A stretch of DNA of 42,300 bases from contig JAGVXK010000008.1 of assembly GCA_018303825.1 (NCBI GenBank), positions 1-42,300 of the forward strand, written 5' to 3'. A model generated the notes under the pieces. That model was not told where the DNA came from, did not search any database, and saw only the letters and a program-made list of their open reading frames with translations. Below, piece by piece: positions 18,313 to 25,862 of this stretch (the first letter of the stretch is position 1; the number at the start of each line of letters is the position of its first letter). This DNA comes from Candidatus Pacearchaeota archaeon (GTDB taxonomy: Archaea; Nanobdellota; Nanobdellia; Pacearchaeales; GW2011-AR1). Position numbers and translations under genes: made by a program.

Positions 18313-19020
18313 TTATTGTTGTAATTTTTCCACCAACCTATATCCTACTGCAACTTGCTCAATAGAAACCGGGGCATAATGGGAAGAATATTTTTCTGAA
18401 TGAAATAAATCATCCAGAGAGATGTTTCCAAAAAGCATATTTGAAATAGTGTCTGCCATTTTTACTATCTTGGGACATTCAATTTTTTTGCATAACTTGT
18501 TCTGGTCTGTTCTCTGTTTTTTATTAAAGTTGTCCACTACACAGGATGTGAATTCGGGAAAAGAGTTTCTTATATATTGCCTATGGTTAGCTTTCATTGC
18601 TCCATCAAGAAAAATCTTCAATGAATCTAGCTTTAAATCCCGATGCCTGTTCAAGTGCTCTTTAACTAAAATTGGAGCTACTATAACCAAATTATGTGGT
18701 CTGGATAGAACACTAAATTCTGGAGATTCCGGTCCATAAGTCAGCAGTGTAAAAATATAGTCTCTTTCTGGTTTTTCTAGCCATTTTTCCGCTTCACTAA
18801 TATCTCTTCTATATGGCTGATGAATAACAAGCCCATCTTCTTTTAAGGTTGAAAAGGCTACAACAATAACTTCTCCTTTTTTATTCTGGCCAACATGATT
18901 TGAATCATCTGCTCCAGATATTAAGGAGATTGTTGAATTATCTACCATTTTTATCCATAACAACTGGAAATAATGGATTATAAACTTAATTCTGGATTTT
19001 TTATCGTGAGTTAGTAGCAA
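18313..19020 (-). CDS. Hypothetical protein, possible RNase H-like fold (RNase HII/DUF3800-like)
   Basis: Spaced acidic motifs SGADDSNH...KIFLDG...KMADTIS. Confidence 0.45.
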   Translation of the reverse strand: MLLTHDKKSRIKFIIHYFQLLWIKMVDNSTISLISGADDSNHVGQNKKGEVIVVAFSTLKEDGLVIHQPYRRDISEAEKWLEKPERDYIFTLLTYGPESPEFSVLSRPHNLVIVAPILVKEHLNRHRDLKLDSLKIFLDGAMKANHRQYIRNSFPEFTSCVVDNFNKKQRTDQNKLCKKIECPKIVKMADTISNMLFGNISLDDLFHSEKYSSHYAPVSIEQVAVGYRLVEKLQQ

Positions 19021-19088
19021 ATATTAATTATTTTAAACGTAAAGGTTTAAATAAAGGTTCGCTTTAATCTAAGCATAAAAGAGGGAAG

Positions 19089-19910
19089 ATGGAAGCGATT
19101 GAAAAACTTAAAACTGAACTTAAATTAAGAGGCCTTTCTCCGCTTACTGCTAGGAATTATTCTTTTTTTGTAGAAAAGATGCTGAAAAGGACAAATAAGC
19201 CGGTTGAAGAGATAACCGAAGATGATGCGAGAGCATATTTATCTGAATTGTTTGAAACAAAATCCAAGAATACAATAATGCTTGCAGTGGCCTCGTTAAA
19301 ATTCTTTTACTCCCAGATATTAAAAAAAGATATCGGAGAGATAAGAGTTCCCAAAAAAGAGAAAACACTTCCGGAAGTCCTAACAAAAGATGAAGTGAGG
19401 AAGCTTATAGATGGAACTGATAATATTAAATCAAGACTGATAATTTCTATGCTTTATTCAGGAGGTTTAAGAGTATCAGAATTGGTTAATTTGAAAGTTG
19501 ATGACATTAATCTTGCTGAATATACCGGATGGGTCAGAAAAGGTAAGGGAAACAAGGACAGGTTATTTGCAATTTCCCAGAATCTTGCCCAAGAAATCAA
19601 GGAATACATTGAAGGAAGAGAAAATAAATATGTTTTTTCAAAAGAAAAGCCGTTAACAACGAGAAATGTCCAGAAAATAATTAAATTGACAAGGGAAAGG
19701 GCAGGGATAAATAAAAAAGTTACCCCGCATACATTAAGGCATAGTTTTGCAACCCATCTTCTTGAACAGGGAACAGATATAAGAATTATTCAACAAATGC
19801 TTGGCCACTCCTCACTTAATACCACCCAAATTTATGCTCATGTCTCTAGTGATGTAATTAAAAAAATTAAGAACCCTTTAGATGGATTGAATAATAAACA
19901 GAATGAATGA
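19089..19910 (+). CDS. xerA: Tyrosine recombinase, XerA-like
   Basis: GLRVSE, KG-K, HTLRHSFATH, LGHSSLNTTQIY (R-K-H-R-H-Y set) with an N-terminal SAM-like domain. Confidence 0.88.
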   Translation: MEAIEKLKTELKLRGLSPLTARNYSFFVEKMLKRTNKPVEEITEDDARAYLSELFETKSKNTIMLAVASLKFFYSQILKKDIGEIRVPKKEKTLPEVLTKDEVRKLIDGTDNIKSRLIISMLYSGGLRVSELVNLKVDDINLAEYTGWVRKGKGNKDRLFAISQNLAQEIKEYIEGRENKYVFSKEKPLTTRNVQKIIKLTRERAGINKKVTPHTLRHSFATHLLEQGTDIRIIQQMLGHSSLNTTQIYAHVSSDVIKKIKNPLDGLNNKQNE

Positions 19911-20376
19911 GATAAGATATCCAATAATAGAACACAATCTTAGGGAGGGTTTTGGCATATTTGTTTTTGCTGAAGATGAACCTCCGAGACCTACTTTCAA
20001 CATTGGCAGGATTGATGATAAATTGGCTTTCGCTCCCGAATATTTCCTAAAAGCAGATACAGTAGGGTATGGATTTAGGTGTTTAGAATATTTTTTGGCT
20101 AATCAGTTTTCTGGAAATGGAACGAAAATAAAATATCCCGAAAATTCTTTCGAAGCTGGTTTTGCTGACAGATTTGTCAAAAAAGGTGGGTTGATAATTT
20201 GTTTATCTGCGGGAAATGTTTTTACACTTATGGCTAGGCTGGCAAGGAATACCTCAACAATAAGTATCACGGAAAATAGTTTTGATAAAGCATATAGATC
20301 TTTTGTGGAAGATGGTGTTGTAGAAAGATTCTTTGATAAATTGTTGATGGGGAAAAGAGATTCAAAAAATACATAA
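19903..20376 (+). CDS. Hypothetical protein
   Basis: 157-aa ORF overlapping the xerA stop. Confidence 0.55.
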   Translation: MNEIRYPIIEHNLREGFGIFVFAEDEPPRPTFNIGRIDDKLAFAPEYFLKADTVGYGFRCLEYFLANQFSGNGTKIKYPENSFEAGFADRFVKKGGLIICLSAGNVFTLMARLARNTSTISITENSFDKAYRSFVEDGVVERFFDKLLMGKRDSKNT

Positions 20377-20470
20377 TATTTCATAACCATCCAATTTAAT
20401 CTTTTATCAGCATATTTGAAACTTTAAAGTGGTAAGATATCTATATATCTTGGTTAAATCTCTGTTCTCC

Positions 20471-20750
20471 GAAGCTGGCGGGACATTTCGGTTGTCCTGG
20501 AAAGGATGTCGCTATAAAAGCCTCTGTCAGGTGTGCAGCTATTAATATGGCGTCTGGACTATAACTCGTCATACGGAATCTGCATCTGTTAAGCTTATTT
20601 ATAGGTCGAAGGAGATAACCTTTAAAACATGTCAAGAGGTTAAGATTGAATTGGCGCTGTTTAAGGCACTTCCCTCACCGAGTCCAGATGCCTGAAACTC
20701 TTCAGAGTTTAAGGGACAGGAGACATGAAAGTGTCTTCTGTATCAGCTTC
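20471..20750 (+). ncRNA. Unassigned structured RNA, ~280 nt
   Basis: Terminal helix 20471-78/20743-50, 12-bp helix 20549-60/20681-92, hairpins 20481-97, 20695-710 and 20716-41 (GAAA loop). G-U pairs are tolerated only on the + strand. TATATA at 20442. GC-richer than its flanks. Confidence 0.65.
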
Positions 20751-20767
20751 ATATTCATAAAAATGAA

Positions 20768-20950
20768 ATGAGCAAAAAGAAATTGAAAAAAATGGTTGCT
20801 AAGAAGGTTAAAAAGACAGCACAACTAAGACGCGGCAGATCTTTTAGTGAAAAGTCTAAAGCCGGCAAGATAAGAAAAATAAAGGCTTCTTTGTCAAAGC
20901 ATCATAAGAAAAAAAACATCAGCAAAGGCTGGATGTTCTGGAAAAAATAG
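20768..20950 (+). CDS. Very basic 60-aa protein
   Basis: 21 Lys + 4 Arg and only 1 acidic residue; starts 17 nt after the RNA. Confidence 0.6.
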   Translation: MSKKKLKKMVAKKVKKTAQLRRGRSFSEKSKAGKIRKIKASLSKHHKKKNISKGWMFWKK

Positions 20951-20959
20951 TCATATCAG

Positions 20960-21172
20960 TTATTTTTTGTAATTCCCTTTGATTAAATCATAAAGAATAC
21001 AGGTATTTGCGAAAGGCTGTATATTTCCCACGACAATCATCCCAATCATATAAGAAATTGTCTTCTTTGAATCTCTCGTCTCCCTATTCCAAAAGGTTTT
21101 CATTAATGTTCCATCAACAAATCCTTCCAAAAATCCTGTTTTAACACTTCTTCCAGTAAGTTTATTATCCAT
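20960..21172 (-). CDS. Hypothetical small protein
   Basis: 70-aa ORF 9 nt downstream of rps9. Confidence 0.4.
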   Translation of the reverse strand: MDNKLTGRSVKTGFLEGFVDGTLMKTFWNRETRDSKKTISYMIGMIVVGNIQPFANTCILYDLIKGNYKK

Positions 21173-21181
21173 AATGGTGGT

Positions 21182-21595
21182 TTATCTATAAGACTTCTGT
21201 CTCTTTGCTCTTGCTTTGGAATCGCCTGGCTTCCTTGCTTCTTTTCTTCTTGAGTCTTCAACAAGAATATTTCTATCATATCTGACAAATGCCTTCTTTA
21301 ATACATCCGAACCGGTAAGAGCAACTAATGCACGAGCAATAGTCAATCTTGCCGCTTCTACTTGCGCTTCTTTTCCCCCCCCAACAACTTTTATAAAGAA
21401 ATCGTAATTCAATGATTCTCCAAGCGTCTGCTCAAATATTCTTATCGGTTCTGATAAAGCTAATTTATGAAATAGATTAAGTTCTGCTGTTGGAAGATAA
21501 TTGAAATATATCTTTCCAGTTCCAGGTTTCACTCTGAGCTTTGCTACTGCCGTTTTCCTTTTTCCAGAATATATTTCTTTTTCCCGAGGTATCAT
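21182..21595 (-). CDS. rps9: 30S ribosomal protein S9 (uS9)
   Basis: SGKRKTAVA, VVGGG, DSRRKE, ARAKRQKSYR. Confidence 0.97.
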   Translation of the reverse strand: MIPREKEIYSGKRKTAVAKLRVKPGTGKIYFNYLPTAELNLFHKLALSEPIRIFEQTLGESLNYDFFIKVVGGGKEAQVEAARLTIARALVALTGSDVLKKAFVRYDRNILVEDSRRKEARKPGDSKARAKRQKSYR

Positions 21596-22089
21596 ATTAA
21601 TCTGGCTACCTCCTTGAGGGCCATTGTCTTTACATTCTTGTTTTCCAATGAAGATTCTTTCAAAACAAGTTTTTTTGCAGATTCATATTTTGTTGGAAGA
21701 GAATTATAGCACATTACTCTTTTCCAGGCTTCATAACCTCTTGCCTGCTTATAAGACAGCATTCCACGAACAGTTCTTTTTACTATTTTCTCAGGAACTT
21801 TAGGCAAAATAGGACCTCTTAGATTAAGAGTGTCAAGTTTTCTTATTCTTGAGTATTCCCTAAGAATGTTTTCCCTGTTTCCGGAAACTAAAACATCATT
21901 GCAGTTGACAATAACTATATTTTTTCCTAAAAGTGCTTGCTTAGCGGCAAAACTGCATAATCTCCCAAGTATAATGTTCTTTCCTTCTAATACAATTTCA
22001 TTTCCTTGACCAGCATTATTAGCTATTGTCCTATCTTTTGCTTTGGCTGTTCGCTCTTGATTTTCCTGTTTGTTTTTTTCTTCTACCAT
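21592..22089 (-). CDS. rpl13: 50S ribosomal protein L13 (uL13)
   Basis: ILGRLCSFAAK...RTVRGML. Confidence 0.95.
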   Translation of the reverse strand: MVEEKNKQENQERTAKAKDRTIANNAGQGNEIVLEGKNIILGRLCSFAAKQALLGKNIVIVNCNDVLVSGNRENILREYSRIRKLDTLNLRGPILPKVPEKIVKRTVRGMLSYKQARGYEAWKRVMCYNSLPTKYESAKKLVLKESSLENKNVKTMALKEVARLI

Positions 22090-22090
22090 T

Positions 22091-22468
22091 TTATCTTATT
22101 AACTTTATTCCCGCAGCTTTAGCATTTGATTTAATTTCTTCTAAAATTGAGACAAATTCTGATTTTGTTTCCTTTAATTTTTCTTTCGCATCTTCTGAAA
22201 TTCCGAGGGAGCATATTCTAACTTTCTTAGTTAAGCTTCCGGAGCCAAGAACCTTTCCAATTATTACAACTGTGTCTCCTGCCTTTGTTTCTTTGTCTAT
22301 TTTTTGAAGATTAACAGAGGAATACTGCCTAGTTGAACTGGAAATTATTTTTATTACCCGCATCCAAGCCTTGTTCTTTCTAGCAAGTTGCAACAACTCA
22401 AGTAATTCGGGGTTTGTCTTTCTCTTTATTCTAACTTTCAACTTTGTTTGTGAAATTGCATTAACCAT
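22091..22468 (-). CDS. rpl18e: 50S ribosomal protein L18e (eL18)
   Basis: KTNPEL...VNLQKI...VVIIGKVLGSG. Confidence 0.95.
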   Translation of the reverse strand: MVNAISQTKLKVRIKRKTNPELLELLQLARKNKAWMRVIKIISSSTRQYSSVNLQKIDKETKAGDTVVIIGKVLGSGSLTKKVRICSLGISEDAKEKLKETKSEFVSILEEIKSNAKAAGIKLIR

Positions 22469-22547
22469 AATTAGCTATTTTTCCGATAGTATTTAAACCT
22501 TTGCCGGGAGAAAGGTTTTTATACTTAAATACACACTTATACTTACT

Positions 22548-22772
22548 ATGACTAAGAATATGAAGATAAGGGTAAATATAACTGTAGACAAAGAATCTTT
22601 GGAGAAGGCAAAAACAAAACTTAACCTTTTCGGAGGCAAATTAAGCACATTATTCAATGCATATCTTAATGATTTCGTAGAATCCATGAACAAAAATAAT
22701 CCTAATAAAGAATTAAGCAGGAGAATAAAAGAACTTGAAAATAGATTGAAGAAATTGGAGCATAAAACATAA
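22548..22772 (+). CDS. Ribbon-helix-helix protein with a C-terminal coiled coil
   Basis: IRVNITVDKESLEKAK...LSTLFNAYL. Confidence 0.7.
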   Translation: MTKNMKIRVNITVDKESLEKAKTKLNLFGGKLSTLFNAYLNDFVESMNKNNPNKELSRRIKELENRLKKLEHKT

Positions 22773-22802
22773 ATTTATAAGCTTATTTTTATAATAACTG
22801 GA

Positions 22803-22964
22803 ATGGCATCAACAGCACCTGGAGCAAAAAAAAGAAAGATTGACTATAATGTGGATCAGGCAACTTACGACGATTTTATCAAGGCTTGCACCAGAAAGGG
22901 ATTTGCCCCCCAGGTAATTCTTGAGCAGGCAATGAGAAAGTTTACCCAAACCGGGCAAATTTAA
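22803..22964 (+). CDS. Ribbon-helix-helix microprotein, 53 aa (not in the ORF track)
   Basis: MASTAPGAKKRKIDYNVDQATYDDFIKACTRKGFAPQVILEQAMRKFTQTGQI; own TTTATAA at 22776. Confidence 0.7.
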   Translation: MASTAPGAKKRKIDYNVDQATYDDFIKACTRKGFAPQVILEQAMRKFTQTGQI

Positions 22965-23003
22965 TAAGAATTAGTAAGAATTAATCAGTTGTACTAATAA
23001 TAA

Positions 23004-23345
23004 CTATTCTCTTTCATATATTGGTTTATTGCTAAAACCATATACTCTTCTTAATTCAAGACAGCATGTTCCAATGTCCATTTTTTTAGGATCATCTCCA
23101 AGAAAATCAGGTTTCATATCCCATTCAAAAACCCCTAAATATCTCTCCCCTTTCTGATAAAGCTGCCTATTTCTTTCATTATTTCTGACTTCAATTCGTA
23201 CGGAACCTTTCTTGTTACCTATATTGAAATCAACAAGCATTTTCTTTCTATCATATGTGAGTATTCTAGTACGTTCCACATCAATAAACTCAAGACTATG
23301 TTTAACATATCTCTCCTGCAATCTTCCTTGTAATTTACCGGTCAT
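23004..23345 (-). CDS. Hypothetical protein
   Basis: 113-aa ORF downstream of the tRNA. Confidence 0.55.
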   Translation of the reverse strand: MTGKLQGRLQERYVKHSLEFIDVERTRILTYDRKKMLVDFNIGNKKGSVRIEVRNNERNRQLYQKGERYLGVFEWDMKPDFLGDDPKKMDIGTCCLELRRVYGFSNKPIYERE

Positions 23346-23398
23346 CTGCTTCCCAGATTTTTCCGATATATAAATATTATTGCAGTATTATTTTTAAG

Positions 23399-23482
23399 TG
23401 CGGGAAGGAGGATTCGAACCTCCGCAAGCACTAAGCTACATCGGCCTTAACGATGCCCGTTTGACCGCTCCGGCATTCCCGC
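23399..23482 (-). tRNA. tRNA-Leu(AAG)
   Basis: GCGGGAA/TTCCCGC-A acceptor, D-arm CCG-GAGCGGTCAAA-CGG, anticodon arm CATCG-TTAAGGC-CGATG (U33, A34, G37), long variable arm, T-arm GGAGG-TTCGAAT-CCTCC. Confidence 0.9.
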
Positions 23483-23545
23483 CTGCGGGAATGAGTTTTG
23501 GGAGAATTATAAATGTTTGCAGAACTAAGGAACCAATTTAATCAA

Positions 23546-24166
23546 TCAGATGGTTTTCATGAACTTTCTATAAGCAGCTATTTCATCAGAATCTTTCATA
23601 TCGGAAGTATAACGGAGAACAATTTTGAATTCTTCTTTACCTTTTATTATCTCATGCGTAGAAATACCTGCTTTCCCGGCAAAACTGCTACAAAAGAAAC
23701 CTGGAAAACTATCTGATACTTGAACCATGTCATGACTTATGCAAAATAATGAGGGATTAATAACATATCCATTATCTGTGATAGTTTGAATATTATCCTG
23801 TAATATCTTAAGGGCTTCTCCTGCTAGCGCAAATTGCTCCCTATCGCCATGGGATGAGGGATAATTCAAAAGCAACTTTTCTAACCTTATTCCATTTAAT
23901 ATTTTTTTAAAACTCTCAGAATCCTGAGATGATGGGCAAACTGTTTCTCTAAGGTCCAAAGTTGCCCTTTCAGTATCTATTGAGATATCTGCATGGCTTC
24001 CAGCCAAAACATTTTCACTATTAGTGAAAAAATGCATTCTAAAGTAACCAGTCTCTGAAGTAGTTGGGGCGATTCTTACCAGATTGTACAATGTATCCGG
24101 CTTGATTGGACCTGCCTCTTCAGTTGTATAAATTAAGCGGTGCTCATAAGGTAATTGCAAAGCCAT
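23546..24166 (-). CDS. Hypothetical protein
   Basis: 206-aa ORF with its own TATA-like TTTAAATA upstream. Confidence 0.6.
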   Translation of the reverse strand: MALQLPYEHRLIYTTEEAGPIKPDTLYNLVRIAPTTSETGYFRMHFFTNSENVLAGSHADISIDTERATLDLRETVCPSSQDSESFKKILNGIRLEKLLLNYPSSHGDREQFALAGEALKILQDNIQTITDNGYVINPSLFCISHDMVQVSDSFPGFFCSSFAGKAGISTHEIIKGKEEFKIVLRYTSDMKDSDEIAAYRKFMKTI

Positions 24167-24239
24167 ATTTTCATAAGTTTAGAACATCTATTTAAAGATA
24201 ATTGTAATCTAAAGTATATAATTAACACGATTTTTTATT

Positions 24240-25436
24240 TTAATTAACAGACACTTTCCTCAATTTACTAACAATTTCTTTAACTGCTTTTATTACATAA
24301 TTGATATCTTCTTCTTTAGTGTATTTCCCAAGGGAAAATCTTACAATGTCCTGCGCATTCTTAGCTGAAAGGCCGATTGCTCTTAGAACATGGCTTGATT
24401 CTTCTTTCTTTGAATCGCAGGCAGAACCGGTAGAAATATAGATTCCCAAATCACTAAGCTGATTAACCATTGCCTCTCCCTCAACACCAAAGAAAGTAAT
24501 ATTAACATTATTTGGAAGTCTTTTGTCAGTTGAACCATTAAGTCTTGTCTTTGGAATTTCGAGAAGTTCTTTTATCAAATAATCTCTTAATTCTATTAAC
24601 CTCTTTGACTCCTTCTCTTTGTCTTTTTGGATTAATTCTAGGGCTTTTGCAAAACCAATAATTCCCGGAACGTTTTCAGTCCCACTCCTAAGTTTATTTT
24701 CCTGCCCTCCTCCATGCAGCAAAGGGGTTATCTTTATCCCTTCCTTAATATATAGGATTCCAGAGCCTTTTGGCCCGTAAATCTTGCTTCCATTCATTGT
24801 CAAAAGATCTACCCCTAACTTCTTAATATCGAGGTCAAGAAGTCCGGACTGACAGGCATCTGTATGAAACAGGACTTTTCTTGATTTTGCTATGATTCCT
24901 ATTTCTTCTATCTGTTGGATTGTTCCAATCTCATTATTTGAATACATTATTGAGATGAGAATCGTTCTACCGGTAATCGCATTAGCAACATCGAAAGGAT
25001 TGACCAATCCATACTTATCGACATCGAGATAAGTTACTCTAAAACCCTGAGATTCAAGGTATTTGCAAGTGTCAAGAACAACATGATGCTCTATTTTTGA
25101 AGTTATGATGTGATTTCCTCTGTCTTTGTTTGCAAATGCTATGCCCTTTAACGCAAGATTAATGCTTTCTGTTCCAGAAGAAGTAAATATAATTTCTCCT
25201 GGATTGCAATTTAGTATTTTGGCTATGGTTTTTCTTGAATCTTCAATTGCCTGCTTTGCTTCAAGACCTTTTTCATGCATTGATGAGGGATTTCCATATT
25301 TTTCGCTAAAATAAGGCAGCATTTCTTTTAACACTTGAGGGTCTAGAGGAGTTGTTGCAGCATAATCTAGATATATCTCTTTCTTCATTTCTTTCTTCGC
25401 TTCTTTTGTTTCCTTAGTCTCTTTCTTGGCTTTCAT
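24240..25436 (-). CDS. iscS: Cysteine desulfurase, IscS/NifS type
   Basis: YLDYAATTP, FTSSGTES, HTDACQ, PLP Lys in SKIYGPKG, catalytic STGSAC. Confidence 0.93.
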   Translation of the reverse strand: MKAKKETKETKEAKKEMKKEIYLDYAATTPLDPQVLKEMLPYFSEKYGNPSSMHEKGLEAKQAIEDSRKTIAKILNCNPGEIIFTSSGTESINLALKGIAFANKDRGNHIITSKIEHHVVLDTCKYLESQGFRVTYLDVDKYGLVNPFDVANAITGRTILISIMYSNNEIGTIQQIEEIGIIAKSRKVLFHTDACQSGLLDLDIKKLGVDLLTMNGSKIYGPKGSGILYIKEGIKITPLLHGGGQENKLRSGTENVPGIIGFAKALELIQKDKEKESKRLIELRDYLIKELLEIPKTRLNGSTDKRLPNNVNITFFGVEGEAMVNQLSDLGIYISTGSACDSKKEESSHVLRAIGLSAKNAQDIVRFSLGKYTKEEDINYVIKAVKEIVSKLRKVSVN

Positions 25437-25542
25437 AATTATAAAGAATAAAGGGGGCTTTTAATTCTTGCGAAAAAGAAATCTCATACATATAGTCATA
25501 TCATCAGTAACATTTAAAAAGATATTATATGGAGATATCAAC

Positions 25543-25818
25543 ATGACGAAGACAGTAGAAGATTACTATAACGAGTATTGTCGTGGTGGAAATGCACAAA
25601 CTGGATTACTTAAGTTTGACCGTAAATTTGATTCCCGCAATTCGCTTTAAAAATGGCATAAAAAACCAAGTTTAGGTGACACAGATTACGCAGATTATAG
25701 AATTCAAGGGGTTTGGATGGATGGTAAAGCTGCTGTCGCTCTTATTCAGTATGATAATGAAATATCATTGAGATTGCCTGTAAAAGAGATTCTTAATGAT
25801 GAAGAAATTCAAAACTAG
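25543..25818 (+). pseudogene. 91-codon hypothetical ORF interrupted by one in-frame TAA (25648-25650)
   Basis: GGAG RBS before the ATG; the same frame stays open for 55 more codons after the TAA. Confidence 0.5.
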
Positions 25819-25862
25819 TCTTTTAGCTCTTTCCTGATGCCTCTGAGCCTTTTCCACATAAT

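Noticed and set aside
20431-20459. dif-like site near xerA (GGTAAGATATC-TATATA-TCTTGGTTAAAT)
   Set aside because: Arm lengths and sequence fit the 11-6-11 dif pattern only loosely, and the site overlaps the likely TATA of the structured RNA.
20441-20635. 64-aa minus-strand ORF
   Set aside because: It lies antisense within the structured RNA, has no promoter or RBS and has atypical composition.
20500-20680. RNase P RNA on the minus strand (GAGGGAAGTGCC ... ACAGAGGCTTTTATAG)
   Set aside because: Only partial motif resemblance, no P3, and the region's helices contain G-U pairs that become A-C mismatches on that strand.
16565-23482. Integrated virus or plasmid between the two tRNA-Leu genes using the tyrosine recombinase
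   Set aside because: The interval contains core r-protein genes, no att duplication or viral hallmark genes were seen, and the recombinase looks like chromosomal XerA.
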